Below, in pieces: positions 11,946-25,122 of a DNA stretch of 64,000 nt. Origin of the DNA: Azolla caroliniana (lineage: Eukaryota; Plantae; Polypodiophyta); NCBI GenBank assembly GCA_043228905.1, contig JBHGNT010000017.1, forward strand, positions 9,672,001 to 9,736,000, given 5' to 3'. Position 1 is the first letter of the stretch; every line of letters starts with the position of its first letter. The notes beneath the pieces were generated by a model that saw only the letters and a program-made list of their open reading frames with translations, searched no databases and was not told where the DNA came from. A program made the translations under genes and the position numbers.

Positions 11946-13720
11946 CCGTGCGGAGAGACAAATCCGAGAGGTTACCGGATGGGACTATTCAGTTGTGGAG
12001 AAGTCGAGCTTCATGGAAGTTGCATGCCAGAACTACAAAGTTCTGGTGGATGAGAAGCGAACCGAAAAGGCTGGAGGAGTAGGCCTTGCAGGGAGGTATG
12101 ATACCCGGAGCGGGCCAAAGAGGGTCAAAGTCGAGACAAAGTTTTGGAGGTTGGCCTTAGAGGGAGGACAACGTCACATACAAGAATCAAACCTCAAACC
12201 TCCCATGCCATAACCAACGAACAAGATACTTATATGATAAGACATGTGTACATTTAGAGTTTTGTTGGTCTACAAATCTTTATAAAGTTTTAGAAACTTC
12301 TAGAGTGCACATGCAATGCTCACGAACATGTATAATATGGTTGTTCATCATGATCCTAATTATGGTGAACAACACCAGTTACGGAATCATGAGTACAATT
12401 CATTCATTCTCTCTCAATATATTGTCTTTTGTCTCACATTCCTTGTCTCCTTTCTACCTACTCTAACTATATGTGACATGGATCTCTAACCCTCGCACTT
12501 AGAGTCCATAGATAATGTTAACTTTTGTAAATCAAGGTATGCAAAAGCATTGTGTGTGTGAGAGAGAGTGAGCGTGTGAGCAAGAGAATGAATTAGAGAA
12601 AACAACCAAAAATGAAAAGTACACATGGGGAGATTACATCTTATGAACAAAGATGAAGATGAATTATATATATATTTTAATCAACTCATACAACTGCATT
12701 TAAGGAAGATGAGTAGAAAGGGAAGTGGTTGTACATAGGCAAATTCTTAAGTTTAATGAAGGAGAATTGTTTGTGACTAAAGAGGGGACACGTAGGATTT
12801 CAAAGAAAACATTCAAGTATTTCCTAAGAGGCATGTATCTTTGGAAGTCACTAGCAAGAGATTGTGAACACCTTAGAGAGTGGTTTGTAATAAGGAAGAT
12901 TCGAGGACTCTAATATTTAACTATGTTTGACTTTCATGAAAGTCCTTGGGTAGGCCACAAGGATATATGGGCAACAATCTTAAAACTAAAAGAAATATGT
13001 TGGTGGCCAAGAATGTAAAGAGACATTGCTCATTTCGTGGAGACATGTGAAAGCATTAGACGCACTCAAATGTATGACATAAGGATTAGTTACACCTAAC
13101 CTACCCATTGGCCATACATTTAAAATGGATGTTGGACTTACTATCCGTGATTATGGTAGTGGGTTAGATGAAATACTTGGTGCTGCCAAGGGAATATCTC
13201 GTGAACTAGGTGGAAGGAAAGGCTTAGTCTGATGTCAATGTACAAATTCCTCGTAGTAGAAGTTATATGTTGACATAGGTGTGTGAGGAAGATAGTGGTA
13301 AACGCAGGAGAATTAGATGCTAATGAAGCTAGATAGCTTTTCTAGCAATTAGGGGTGAAACTATCTCTTACAACCCACTTACAACCCGAAGGCCAACGGG
13401 AAGATAGAGAGAGGACATAGTACCACAATTGATGTTATTGTAAGAGCTTGTGCGAGGAAAGTTAAGAGATTGACTTCGACTATTATCTTATGCCTTGTGG
13501 GCCAAAAGAAGAACTCACAACTCAATCATAGGGTTTTATGTTGATTGAGCTCATGTTCAAACAAAAGCCAGTAATACCCATAGAGGAAATGATCAGATCA
13601 TAGGTGGCAATGTCGTGGGAGAATGAGATGCGCGGAAAACTTATGGTGGCATAGATAATAGCACTTGAGAGGTGACCAAAAGACTTAAAGTTGGCAATGG
13701 ATAGGCGATGTGGTTCATGA
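11946..13720 (+). mobile_element. Older, heavily decayed Gypsy remnants of the same lineage, with LTR-like fragments
   Basis: RAERQIREVTGWD..VACQNY is homologous to the gag-pol linker at ~10000(-). Integrase remnants FHESPWVGH, KWMLDL, YNPKANGKIERGH at 12.9-13.6 kb. Confidence 0.75.
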
Positions 13721-14304
13721 AGGCGATGGCAATGAATGATTTGGATGATCGACATTTAGGTCACACTAGTCGCCTTAGGAAGATAAGTATTGTCGAATGC
13801 AAAAATTTAGGAAAAGCTGAAAAGTGTGCATGTTAAAAGGAATAAGAGCGCAAATTGTTAGGAGATTTGAATTTTGCAGAAGCCAAAATCTATAGGAATT
13901 TCTTTTGAGCTCGTGATTACGAATAAAGCGAGCATGCAAGACCAACAATGACAAATAGGTGATGTGATCGTTGTCCATTGGGACGGACGTTGCATTGAAA
14001 CTCAATGATTTTCTCGTGAAGATCTTCCTTTCCGATTTATATAATTTGATGATTTAATAATATTAGCTACAAAATATATCTGTGTGAATCGAATCGTAAT
14101 CGAACGAGGAGGAATTATAATAATTTTTGGCTCCGTGAAGTTTTGCTGGAATCCGATGGATGGAAAACAAGGTCTGCAGCTTCATAATACATAAATATGT
14201 ATGAGTAATAACAGCATGTATAAACAGTATATGTATGTATGTATGTATATCATTTGGTAAAATCGTGAAGATTGTGCTCTCTTTCTTTTTCTTTGAAGGT
14301 TTGC

Positions 14305-14425
14305 CACGTGTAAGGTGCTGAGTCCTCCACGCGTCAGTGTCACGCAGAGCTGCAGTCGTCGCAAACCACACACACAAACATCCCTCCCATCAATCACTCA
14401 AATAACATACTCACTCCTCACAACA

Positions 14426-14467
<42 letters not shown>

Positions 14468-14571
14468 AAACCCTAATCCTTCGCTAAGTTCTTCTTCTTC
14501 TTCTTCTTCTTCTTCTTCTTCTGCTATATACATACATACATACAATTATTATTATTATTATACGCTATATA

Positions 14572-14606
<35 letters not shown>

Positions 14607-14615
14607 AAACCCTAA
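14305..14615 (+). promoter_or_regulatory. Promoter/5' UTR region of the DCD-TENT gene: G-box, (CT)n tracts, two telo-boxes
   Basis: CACGTG 14305-14310; AAACCCTAA at 14468-14476 and 14607-14615, each preceded by a (CT)n tract. Confidence 0.5.
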
Positions 14616-14948
14616 TCCTAATCATATACATATATACATACACATACATACTGCAGACCTACGACTCTTCACCTTCACCTTCCCCCCCCCCCCCCAATCA
14701 CTCCATTCCATTCCTTTCCTTTCTCCTTTTTCCGCTCTCTCTGCCATTCCTCATCACATCTCCCTCTCTCTCTCTCTCTCTCTGTTCTCCTCCTCCCGTT
14801 CCCGTTCCCGTTCCCCTCCCCGCCGTTCTTCTCACCATCAATCGCCGCCCTGCACCACCCCCACCCACCTCATCCTCCTTCTTTTCTTCCTTCTTCTCTC
14901 ATCGCCTCACCAACTTCTGCATCCTCCTCGTTCATCCTCTCTCTGAGG

Positions 14949-15469
14949 ATGGTTGTTGCGAAGTACAGTAAGATTCCCTCATCCCTTCCCATCATCATCA
15001 ACAATAACAACAACAACAACAACAAGAGCCACAGCCACAGCCACAGCCACAGCGAGGCCACTAAGACGATCGACCACAACACTACCATCAACTTATTCGC
15101 TGGCTACATATTTGTTTGCAGTAACGATACTCTTCCAGATCTCAAGCGAAGAATTTTTGGTCAGCTCTCTGCCCCATTCAAATCCTTTGTTTCTTTATTG
15201 CAAGAACTTTTATGTCCATGATTGATGAACTCCTTATAGACTTGAAACGGTGAGTGATAATGACTGGCTATGGCAAGATCAACGGAAACGGAGCGATTAA
15301 TATAAATGTATCGATTTCCTCTGCTGATTACGCTGCATAATGTTACATTCCATTTTTGTTCACTTTTGCTAATAGCAGAAGGAAGTCGTTAGAAAAGAGT
15401 ATCTATTTACATAATCCAAGAAAGATATCAACTCATTTGCTAAACTAACTTGACGTTGTGGGGGGAGAC

Positions 15470-15535
<66 letters not shown>

Positions 15536-18500
15536 AATCTGAAGATTTTTCTTGCTTCTGAGCCCCCACCATCGCATTTTCTTAGGTTGCTTGGTTTACA
15601 AAGGTCAACCTGTTGACCAGTTAAATGTTTAGCGAAACATTTGATTTTCTCCTTGTTTTTCATTGTTTAGGATTACCCGCCCATCATGCAGAGTCGGTGC
15701 GAGCCATCAGAAAAGGGATGCCACTGTTCTTATTCAATTATTCAAGCAGATGTTTATGTGGCGTATTCGAGGTATTGTTCTTTCCTAAACCATTCTTTTT
15801 CAAGTTCTATTTACTTATTACTGAATATTTCTAATTCTTTTCCAAGTTTTTTGAGGTCAATCTTCTTTTAAAATTCATTATACTCTTAACAAGATATCAT
15901 TTTGATTGCTAATGTCCTTTTATGTAAAATCTCCAGGCTGCAAGTGATGGTGGATTCAATATAGATCCTCATGCTTGGGAAAATGCTGACCAGACAAGAT
16001 CGCGTAAGTCACCAGTGTCAAGGTACCCTGCTCAGGTAGATTTTTGTTTGTGTATTTTGAGTTATTCTCTTTCATTATCCATGATTTGTATGCTTGAGTT
16101 ATGGCAGTTGATGTTACATGATTAGTCATACTTATCATGGCATCTAGCATCCATTATGTGCTTAACGTCATTACACTTGTTTGATTAACATAGGCATGTG
16201 TCATTAACATCATCACTTATGTTTGCTTGATACCGGGCTATATGATTAATGCCAAGATTGTTACATGATTAGTCATACTTATCATGGGATCTAACATCCA
16301 TTATGTGCTTAACGTTATTACACTTGTTTGATTAACATGGGCATGTGTCATTAACATCATTACTTATGTTTGCTTGATGCCGGGCTATATGATTAATACC
16401 AAGATTGTGCATGATACTCAATCATTAGATTCACATCTCCCATCAGTACTTCTGGTTAGCCTAATATAAACATCTGAATGTTGGATTAACATGAACACCC
16501 GAATGTTGGATTACAGGTGAAAGTACGCCTGCGATTTCAGAGGCCACCATTAGACGAAGAGACTTTTCGGCCTCTTCTCGAGCACTTCGAAGGTCGCAAG
16601 TTCAGATTGGAACTGACAGACCACCAGGCAAATCTTATTATTATATTGTGATTATCTTGGCATTTCTTAATATTCACATCAAGGTTATATATGTTGCTTT
16701 ATGATATTTGACATGGTTTTGTGACTGGACAGGTACAACAACTCCTTAAGTTGTTTCGAGTTCCTGATACAGAGTTCTTTGGTGAGAAAGTGAGGGTATA
16801 TTCCAATCCCATAGGTGATCCAGATTCACCTTTCTCTGCTTTCAAATCTGATTCAGATTGTCACAGTGAGTGTTCAAGCAAAGGAACCTACACTGGGGAG
16901 GATGAGTGTGGGGCTGAAGAAGCTCCCTCAGAAGACAGAGTCCTCACCGACAATAAGCAACTATGTTTTGCACAATTTGATGATAATAATCATTTCTTGA
17001 GTGAGAGTTTGAATAGGATTGTATTGAACGTTGGGAATTTGAATCACAGTGAGATTCCAGAAGAAAGTCTTAATATGATGGTTTATGGTGCAATTCAAAT
17101 TCCAGATTCAGAGAAATCTTTTGAACCCAATGAAAGTCACATGCTTTGCTTGAATGTGAACAGTCCTGCTGTTAGCAGTGTTTCTGTTGATTCCAGTCAC
17201 AATGTTTCATATCTTCCTGTGGGCATGGACATGTATAATAATAGTAATGCATGTATGGTACCTGCACAAATTCAGCCTACATTTTGTGAAAGCATGATTT
17301 ATATCCCTATATATCCTTCCAGAGAGTTCATGGGTCAATCTTCGCATGTGATGCACAAGAAAGTAAGCAGAATAGAAGAAAGCAAACAGTTTTCTGGTTC
17401 ATGCATCTCTACAAAACAGTGCACTGATGATGTTAGTGATGAGAAAATAAGGCACTTTCCTCTAGAACCTGTAAGGGTATTGTCGCCGTTCCTTTTGTCA
17501 CCAAATTTGCACTTCATTACTTCTCGACAGCCCTTGATGGATCACATTGAGGAACCAGAAAGAATTCAGACTAGTCATGTTCCAACCATTTTGATGCCTT
17601 CCATGCCAAGAATTGTGCCTATGATTGACTTTGAGTTACTTCACTTTCAGATATTGCAATTTGCCAGATTGACTCGGCCATCTTTAGAGACACTGCTTTA
17701 TGTGGAATCTGCAATAGATTCTATCAGATCTTGTGTCAAGAAGCTGTGGCCTAATGCTGATGCGGAGGTTAGTCTCTTATGTTCGCATTTTACTGCAGCT
17801 AAAGTAAAAATTTTACGTCATGATTTACGAGCTCACTTTTCTTATTTCTTCATATTGATCTTGAAAACTTGTGACACCTGTATTGCAGGTGTTTGGTTCC
17901 TTTGCTACTGGTTTGTGTTTGCAACATAGTGATATTGACATAGCAATTGTGGATGCTCCTTTCTTACCAACAATGGTCAACATGTCTATGTCACACGCTT
18001 CATCTTTTCTATTGAGGGAACTTGGATCATACTTAAAACCCTTGGAATGGTGTGAGAGCTATAATGTGGTAGCCATGGCATCAGTACCTGTGCTGAAATG
18101 TCAATATCAGCCCATTGCTAATTCTCAGATAGCAGATTCTTCACTGCATGTACAATCAATTTCCATTGACATTACAATTGGTGGAATAATGGGCACCACT
18201 TATAAGTGGAATCAATCACATAGAATTGGTGGACGTGTGAACCAGCATACTGGAGGTGCCGCTCGTGAATATGTCCTTGAGAAAATCCAAGAGTTACCTG
18301 CTCTAGCACCACTTGTAAGTTATCATTGGAAAATAAAACATTGATTGTTTATCAAATTTTGAACCATATAAATTTATTTATAGCTTCTTAGTTTTGTTTT
18401 TTCTTGCATTCTTGCTTTGTACATGCAGGTGTTTCTGTTGAAGTCATTTCTGCACCATAAGGGTCTCAGTAATGTTTATTTGGGTGGTCTCGGATCCTTC

Positions 18501-19335
18501 TCCCTGACTCTACTGGTTACATTTTTCTTGGAAGTAGGTTTTCTGTTCTTTTGGTTCTCTTTTCCACATGTTTATTTGAATGACCTGGATTATGCTCTTG
18601 CAGCATGTGGATTTTCCTGTTATACCCTGCTTCTCATCAAAGGATTTAGAGATGGATAACCTGAAAAGTGGGATGAACTACAAATCTACACTTGGTGAAT
18701 ATTCCATTAGGAGAGCAGCAAAAACTATTGAGAGCATCTTAGCACTCTGGGAGTCTTCTTCATCGCATTGCTTGGGAAATTTACTTGTGGAGTTTCTTAA
18801 AATGTTTGCTTATGAAGATTTATCCAGCCAAAAAATTTTCTTGAAGGTAAAAAGATTGCTTTGTTTTAGAAAAGATTATAGAGATGGTTCCTTTATGTTA
18901 TTTTAGGAAGTGAATATACATTTGATGTTTCCATTTGTATTTTCTGTGCATGAAGTTTGATGTGTCATTGAACAACTTGTGTTATTTAAAGGGGCTTGAT
19001 GGCCATCCTGGTGGGAAATGTAGACGTCGGAATCGACACATACCATTGTGGATAGATGACCCTCTACGCCCTGGTGTTAATGTAGGTGCTGGCTCATTCG
19101 GCGTGTGTCATGTACAGGTAAATCCTTTTTTTATCCATTAAAAAAAGGAAAGATGTTTTGGCTGATTTATTTTACTATTAGGAAAGAACGAGAGGATGTA
19201 CATTATTTCAAACATTACGATCACATCTTTTTGCAGGACTCGTTTCGTGAAATGTTGCAGGTTCTTTCCTACGGGCAGTTTCCTGGAACACACCTAGATT
19301 TCAGCAAGATGGGTTGTCAAGACACCTATGTTTAG
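14949..19335 (+). CDS. DCD-domain / TRF4(TENT4/PAPD5)-like terminal nucleotidyltransferase fusion protein, ~851 aa, 10 exons
   Basis: Phase-consistent exons 14949-15159, 15671-15771, 15937-16035, 16517-16627 (GC donor), 16733-17767, 17889-18314, 18429-18533, 18604-18846, 18992-19117, 19237-19335. DCD motifs: GYIFVCSNDT..RIFGLP, GMPLFLFNYS, VFEAASDGGFNIDPHAW, SRYPAQV, KFRLEL. NTase motifs: VFGSFATGL..SDIDI, third Asp in SIDIT, GGLGSFSLTLL, LGNLLVEFL, PAP-assoc LWIDDPLRPGVNVGAGSF. Confidence 0.88.
16112..16408. repeat. Intronic tandem duplication, 2 x ~147 bp
   Basis: TGTTACATGATTAGTCATACTT... starts at 16112 and again at 16259 with few mismatches. Confidence 0.85.
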
Positions 19336-21129
19336 GCAACTGCATCAGTTAAAGCCAATTACTTCTTCTTCAAGCTGATATGAGAAGTTTTGCAGTATTT
19401 CTTCTTTTTGAATTCTGCATTCAGTAACCTGAAAGAAATGATCTCTAATGGCATGAAGTTTAGTAGAAATGTTCTGGTTCTGGTTCTGGTTCTGGCCTTT
19501 TGTTATAGAGGAACTGATTATGGAGCCAGATATGAAAGGAGTACTTAAGGAAAGTAGTGGATAATTCCATTACCACATGTTGTACAGTCACAATGTTTAT
19601 TCCAACACTCTTAAGAGGTTAATTGTCTCTGAGAGGTTCAGCAGAAGCAGTTTTGTTTGTTTTTTTTTAAATTCTTACGGACAGTCAAGTCAGTCAGAAA
19701 GAGTTCAATGTAAATCTGTACAGAGGATTGTAGAGTGTGCATATAACACATCTCACCTTGTCTATTTTTACTAGCTCAAGGCAAGCTAGTATAATAGCAT
19801 TGATTGAGAACTTACAGGACATTTTCTTTTCTATGACCTAAAACAATTTTGGGGTTGAAATTGAATACGAGCTTTCCCAGGCTGATACAGATCTTAGTCA
19901 GCAGCAACATGGCAAAGTGTTAGTCCTCTTATTCCTGGTTAACATCTTATGAAGATATTCATCAGCAGCAACATGGCAAAGTGTTAGTCCTCTTATTCCT
20001 GGTTAACATCTTATGAAGATATATATAGATAATAGATGTATATTCCAGCTTGGAATGGCTTTTCATGTAAATGAGATTATCATAGTTGAGAAAAAAACTC
20101 AACTTGACACAAGAAATGCTCTTGTGACATTGAAACAAATTTGTGCATAGAATTGGACAGGTTATGCAGATGATGCTCTACATATTTTGTGAGGTGGCAA
20201 TGTGCCCCAAGTGAAGTTGTCTTATCTAACTTGTGCATGGAGTTGGATAAGTTATGCAGATGATGCGCTATGTATTCTGTGACGTGTGCATGTGCCTCAA
20301 GCAAAGTGCTCTTTCTGTGGTAAAGACACAAGCTCAGTAGAATCAACGGGAAAACAGTTCATTGTAAAGAGCAACAACACTTACAATGAACAGATCATTG
20401 TGAAGTGAAAGGATAGATGCTCAAGCATGTGGAAGGTGCAAAATTTATCCAATGGAAATCAATATGGCATCTAGGAAAATTTAACCGAATGTATTCAACA
20501 TAGCCTGTGGCATTCATTAATTGATTGTATTTCAGCATATCCTCAGTTGAAGTTCAGGGTAGCCTGTGTGGGAAATATTTGAGGTTTGCCTTGTTTCAAT
20601 AGTGTAAGAAATTGTGGACACTGATTCTTGTAATTAATTAAAGCTCTAGACAGACTAGAACTGAATAAATAAAATATCAAATGTAGTCATCAGATTATAC
20701 ATTTCTCTTTTTGAAATTCTGGTAGACATTTGTATGGTATGTGCAAGCACACATCCGTATACGCATCTGCACACGCACACGCACACGCACATGTGATTGT
20801 TTGAATGATGTGTGCATTATAATTTTTTGTATTCATGGTATATGTGATTTAAACTTATCATGGAATTTAGGTTTTTGTAAACAGTTTTTTGCACTTCTTA
20901 TTTGTGAGATTGGAATGTGAACTTTCAATTCTCGTGAATAATTCTGATGGATTGCTAAAAGCATATCTTATTTACAGTTTCAAAGATCCTTAGGCCTGTT
21001 GAATTTTTTGATGTTGCACAATAGTGCACAATGCTAATGAATGAGTAATGAACTTACTGTTTTCTTGTTAGTGATGGAATTGCAATGCTTTATTTGAAAT
21101 AATTTGATTTCAACACTGATTAGTATAAT

Positions 21130-21700
21130 GGAGGGGAAAGCTTTGGGGAATAGTTAAACCCACGAGGACATGGATTTATAGTGCAGGGTGGTAGCATGTT
21201 CCAATGTGATGGGGTGAGACTTGGCACAAATTCTGAAATTTTTGAGGAGATTTGGCTTATGGTGGCATGTTTATTGGTTTGGCACATTTGGATCAGGCGT
21301 TGTAAGTTTGTTTTTCAACAGCAAAAGCTCTCATGTGGGGGGAGGTGATGTTAAATATCTAGTTTTGAGCTTGTAGCTTAGTTGTGTGGATGGTATGTCT
21401 CGGTTTAGGGAAAATTGGATGAAGCAAAAAGGTCTAGGTCAAAGTTCTTGCTGAAATGGGGTTGTTCTCCCATGATGGTCAAATCTTCGTCGAAGCCTAA
21501 GTGGAATTACCAGGTGCCTAGGTGGCTGTTTCGTTGATGGCTCCCAATATTGTACATGGGTTGTAATTATGTATGTATAGCTAAAACACAAGTGGGTTAC
21601 TATAGTCATGTTACCCGAATAACTTTGTTATAAAAGAGTTAGTTGGGAAAAATAGAGTCGACGTACAATGGGTTTTATTTCAATTTTGTTGGAGTTAATG
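21130..21700 (+). mobile_element. L1-type LINE 3' fragment
   Basis: Translates EEIWLMVACLLVWHIWIRRCKFVFQQ, the L1 ORF2 C-terminal W-x-I-W-x-x-R motif. Confidence 0.55.
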
Positions 21701-21936
21701 GTCGTGTGAGTTTTTGTTGTTTTTGTTTGATAGTTTTGGAGTTGTTCCTCCGAGTTGTATATGTTGATCCTACTGTGGATTTGGGTAAACTTTGTTGTAT
21801 TCTATTTGCTAACTAGTGTTTTTTGGTAAAAAAAATTTAAAAAATGGCATTATAGTATTGTTAATTCCCACTTTTACTCAAATATTAACTATAGAGTAAA
21901 TATTATGTTTTATGCTGACAAAAATGTGTTGCAATT

Positions 21937-22700
21937 GAATGGCAAGATGGTTGTAGTGGAAAAGGATGAGTGAAGATGGTGGCGGAGGCGGAAGCAAGGT
22001 TTCATGAGGGTTTGAGGAGAGTGGATTTTCTGGTTTTTGTAGGTACAGGACTCGGGCGATGAATGGCAAGATGGTTGTAGTGGAAAATGAAGCTGATTTA
22101 ATTTTGGAAGGATGAGGGAAGATGGTGGTGGAGGTAGAAGCAAGGTTTCATGAGGGTTTCAGGAGAGTGGATTCATTCTGGTTTTTGTAGGTATAGGACA
22201 CGGGTGATGAATGGCAAGAGGATCTTTATGCAAAATGGAGAGATAGTTGATGTGGAAGTTTTTGAAGCAGTCTTATTTACTTTTAGTTTTCATAATGATG
22301 AGTGAAGATGGTGGCGGAGGTAGAAGCAATATTTTATGAGGGTGAGGAGAGTGGATTAATTCTGTTTTGTGTATGTACAAGAAATTGCTGAAAATAGAGA
22401 GATACAAGACTCGGGCAATGACTGGCAAGATGGATGTTGTGGAAAAGGAAGCTGATTTATTTTTGAAAGGATGAGTGAGGATGTTGTCGAGGGTTGAAGC
22501 AAAATGTCATGAGTGGATGAGGACAACTAATTTTTTCTTTGTTGTCTATACAAGAATTTCATGGAAAATGGAGAGATGGCTGATGTGGAAATATCTTGAA
22601 GCACACTTTTTTTTTAGTTTATACAACGATGAGCAAAGATGGTGGCGGAGGCAAAAGCAAATTTTCATGAGGGTCTAAGGAGATTGGATTGAGTAGAGAA
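21937..22700. repeat. Degenerate tandem array (~5 units of ~145-185 bp)
   Basis: Core GATGAGTGAAGATGGTGGCGGAGG..AAGCAA..TTCATGAGGG recurs at ~21965, 22111, 22297, 22470 and 22628. Confidence 0.7.
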
Positions 22701-24399
22701 CTAGTATTTTCATATGGTAGGTTCATTTGGATCATTTGGATATGATGAACTCTTACATGTAGCAGCGATCAAGGAATCATTGTGAAAGAAGATATATCAC
22801 TACATGTTGAATACGATGGAATTGATGCTCGAGGCTTTGGCATGGCATCAACATTACTTGGTGATATGGACGTTGGTAGGGCAACAATATTACTTAGGGA
22901 GAAGTTCACCGATATTATCTTGTATCTTGCCTTTATCTTTATCTAGAAAGATTGGCTGCACAATATTCATTGTAATGTTGGATTATCTTGTATCTTGCCT
23001 TTGGCTACTTTAATCTTAATATTAATGGAGGATGATTTTTATGAAAAAAAAAAGTGTTGCAATTTATTCCCATAAGAGTTGAGGATAATGATATTCACCG
23101 TTCTTATTCTGGCACTTGCTAATGGATATAGGTTCTCATATTTGTTTTCGTACTCTTTGCAATTCTATGATTGTGCAAATTTAAGATGGCTTGATTTTAA
23201 ATATTATTGACCAAGAAAATTTGGTTTTTATTTAGATGAAAGAAAGTTGGTGTTGGGTTGATGATTCTCACTCAAACATTACAAACACCATCTATTTGTG
23301 GTTAGGCATGGAAACTCCTAACTTAATTTGTCCGACCAAAACCCAAATAAGACTTTGGGAAAGTCACCCTTGTTGATAAGAAATGGTTTATTACATGGAG
23401 TAAGAAACTAAAGTATTTCCATTAGTTTCTTTTGTTTTGATAAGAAAAAGCACACTATTATGCATGCCATGATGGGCTGACTTATGCCCACGTTGAATAT
23501 CTGCTTCTAGTTGATTAGGTTTGCTCGTTTCTATTGTAAAAAAGAACTAGGAAATTTCATTTAAATGACAATTCAATTACACTACAACCTTTATAATACA
23601 AGGTCCAATAATTTACAAAAGCCAACCAAATTGTTAGCAGCCACTTTTGGATCAATGTCATGGGGTTCAATGCGTGTGTATTGTTTGATTGTTATTGTTC
23701 ATTTGATTCCAATACATGCATAATGCTCTCACCCTACACAATTAGGCTATAGTGAATGTATGTTGTTAGATCATTGGTGTTCATAGAATGGCTGAAGGCA
23801 AAGAGCTTTTTGTTGTAGCCCTTGTTCCATTTTGTCTTATCATTGTGTATCTACAATGGGCATGGCATGTATGTCCCTTATTTCTCCCAAAAACAATTAC
23901 AATATTGTGGAGGCTATTAGTGTTGTCTTTTGTGTCCTTGGTTTTAAGCATATTTTCTTTCAAATGTTGTCATTTATTGTTACATCGATCAATTTCATGA
24001 TAATTGACAAGTGGAAAACTTTTTTCAACTCCCATTTTGAAATGTCTTCAATCTGAAAAAGATCAAATCCAAATTTTCATATGTATGGGAAAGGTTATTG
24101 ACATGCCCTCTTTAGAAGGCAAAGAATGGGTTGGAATAATAAAACTAGTGATAATTAGCCCTCCTTAGTAAATAAGAGCTAAGTCTTGTTCAAAACTTGT
24201 TTATTGGTCCATTTAGTAAAGAGGCCCAAGATTATGTGAGGAAGTACACAATAAAGCAAAATCCATGGAAGCCATAGATGTTCATGAACCATACTGACAT
24301 GAGTCCCTACATAAAAGGTTGCAAAAAAAGTTATCATTTCACATGAGTTGTTGATATCACGTTAACTAAGATAAGAGTCCTTTTACTCTAACCTCTAAC

Positions 24400-25122
24400 A
24401 TGGTCAAAGTTGTTTGATTTGGCAGAGATAGTTTATTGCGACAATGCGACTACTTCAGGAGATCGCACCACTCCCGAGAAAGAAGACCAATCCTGAAGTT
24501 GATCGTACTTATAGCCGGCCCAACCCTTATAGCCAAAATATATTGCCGACCTTATACATGATGTCGTACTCCATTGTCTCACGAAAGTACTTGAGTACTC
24601 ACTTTGCACAATCAAGATGTATGTCCCCAGGTTTCTGTCACATTCTAGACTCGAACCTCTGACTTTTAACACACACAGTACATTGTGTTGTGTTAACCAT
24701 ATGGAAGCTCTTGTGAACTATCCACATTCGATTGTGAACTTGTATATATTGTAGAGTCTAGTGTATAGTACATTCGAGAATATTCTAGTCGTTAGTATAT
24801 TCTAGAATTATTCTGTGGTATATTCTAAACGGGTATATTCTCGAGTATATTCTAGAGATATTCAATATTGGAAATTGTATAAATACTTGTAACATCCTTG
24901 GTTCCTTTCAAGGGATTCAACACCAGTCATTGACACATCAATCTATTATTCTCGTTTCGCCTCATCTTTGTCTCCTTGATCTTTATTTCTGTCTTCATGC
25001 CCTCATGTCGCTCACAACATCTAGAGTTCCTAACCTCGTCACATCTAGCTTCAAGTTCATCTATCGCTCATAGCCCCATCATCTGTGCTCTATCCTAGTC
25101 CACGCTTGGTGTGTCCGTGACA
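24400..25122 (+). mobile_element. LTR-like segment (probable solo/partial Gypsy LTR), boundaries uncertain
   Basis: TATA-like TGTATAAATA ~24877, TTCTAGA-type repeats, pyrimidine-rich U5, ends GTGACA; abuts the truncated Copia RT. Confidence 0.4.
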
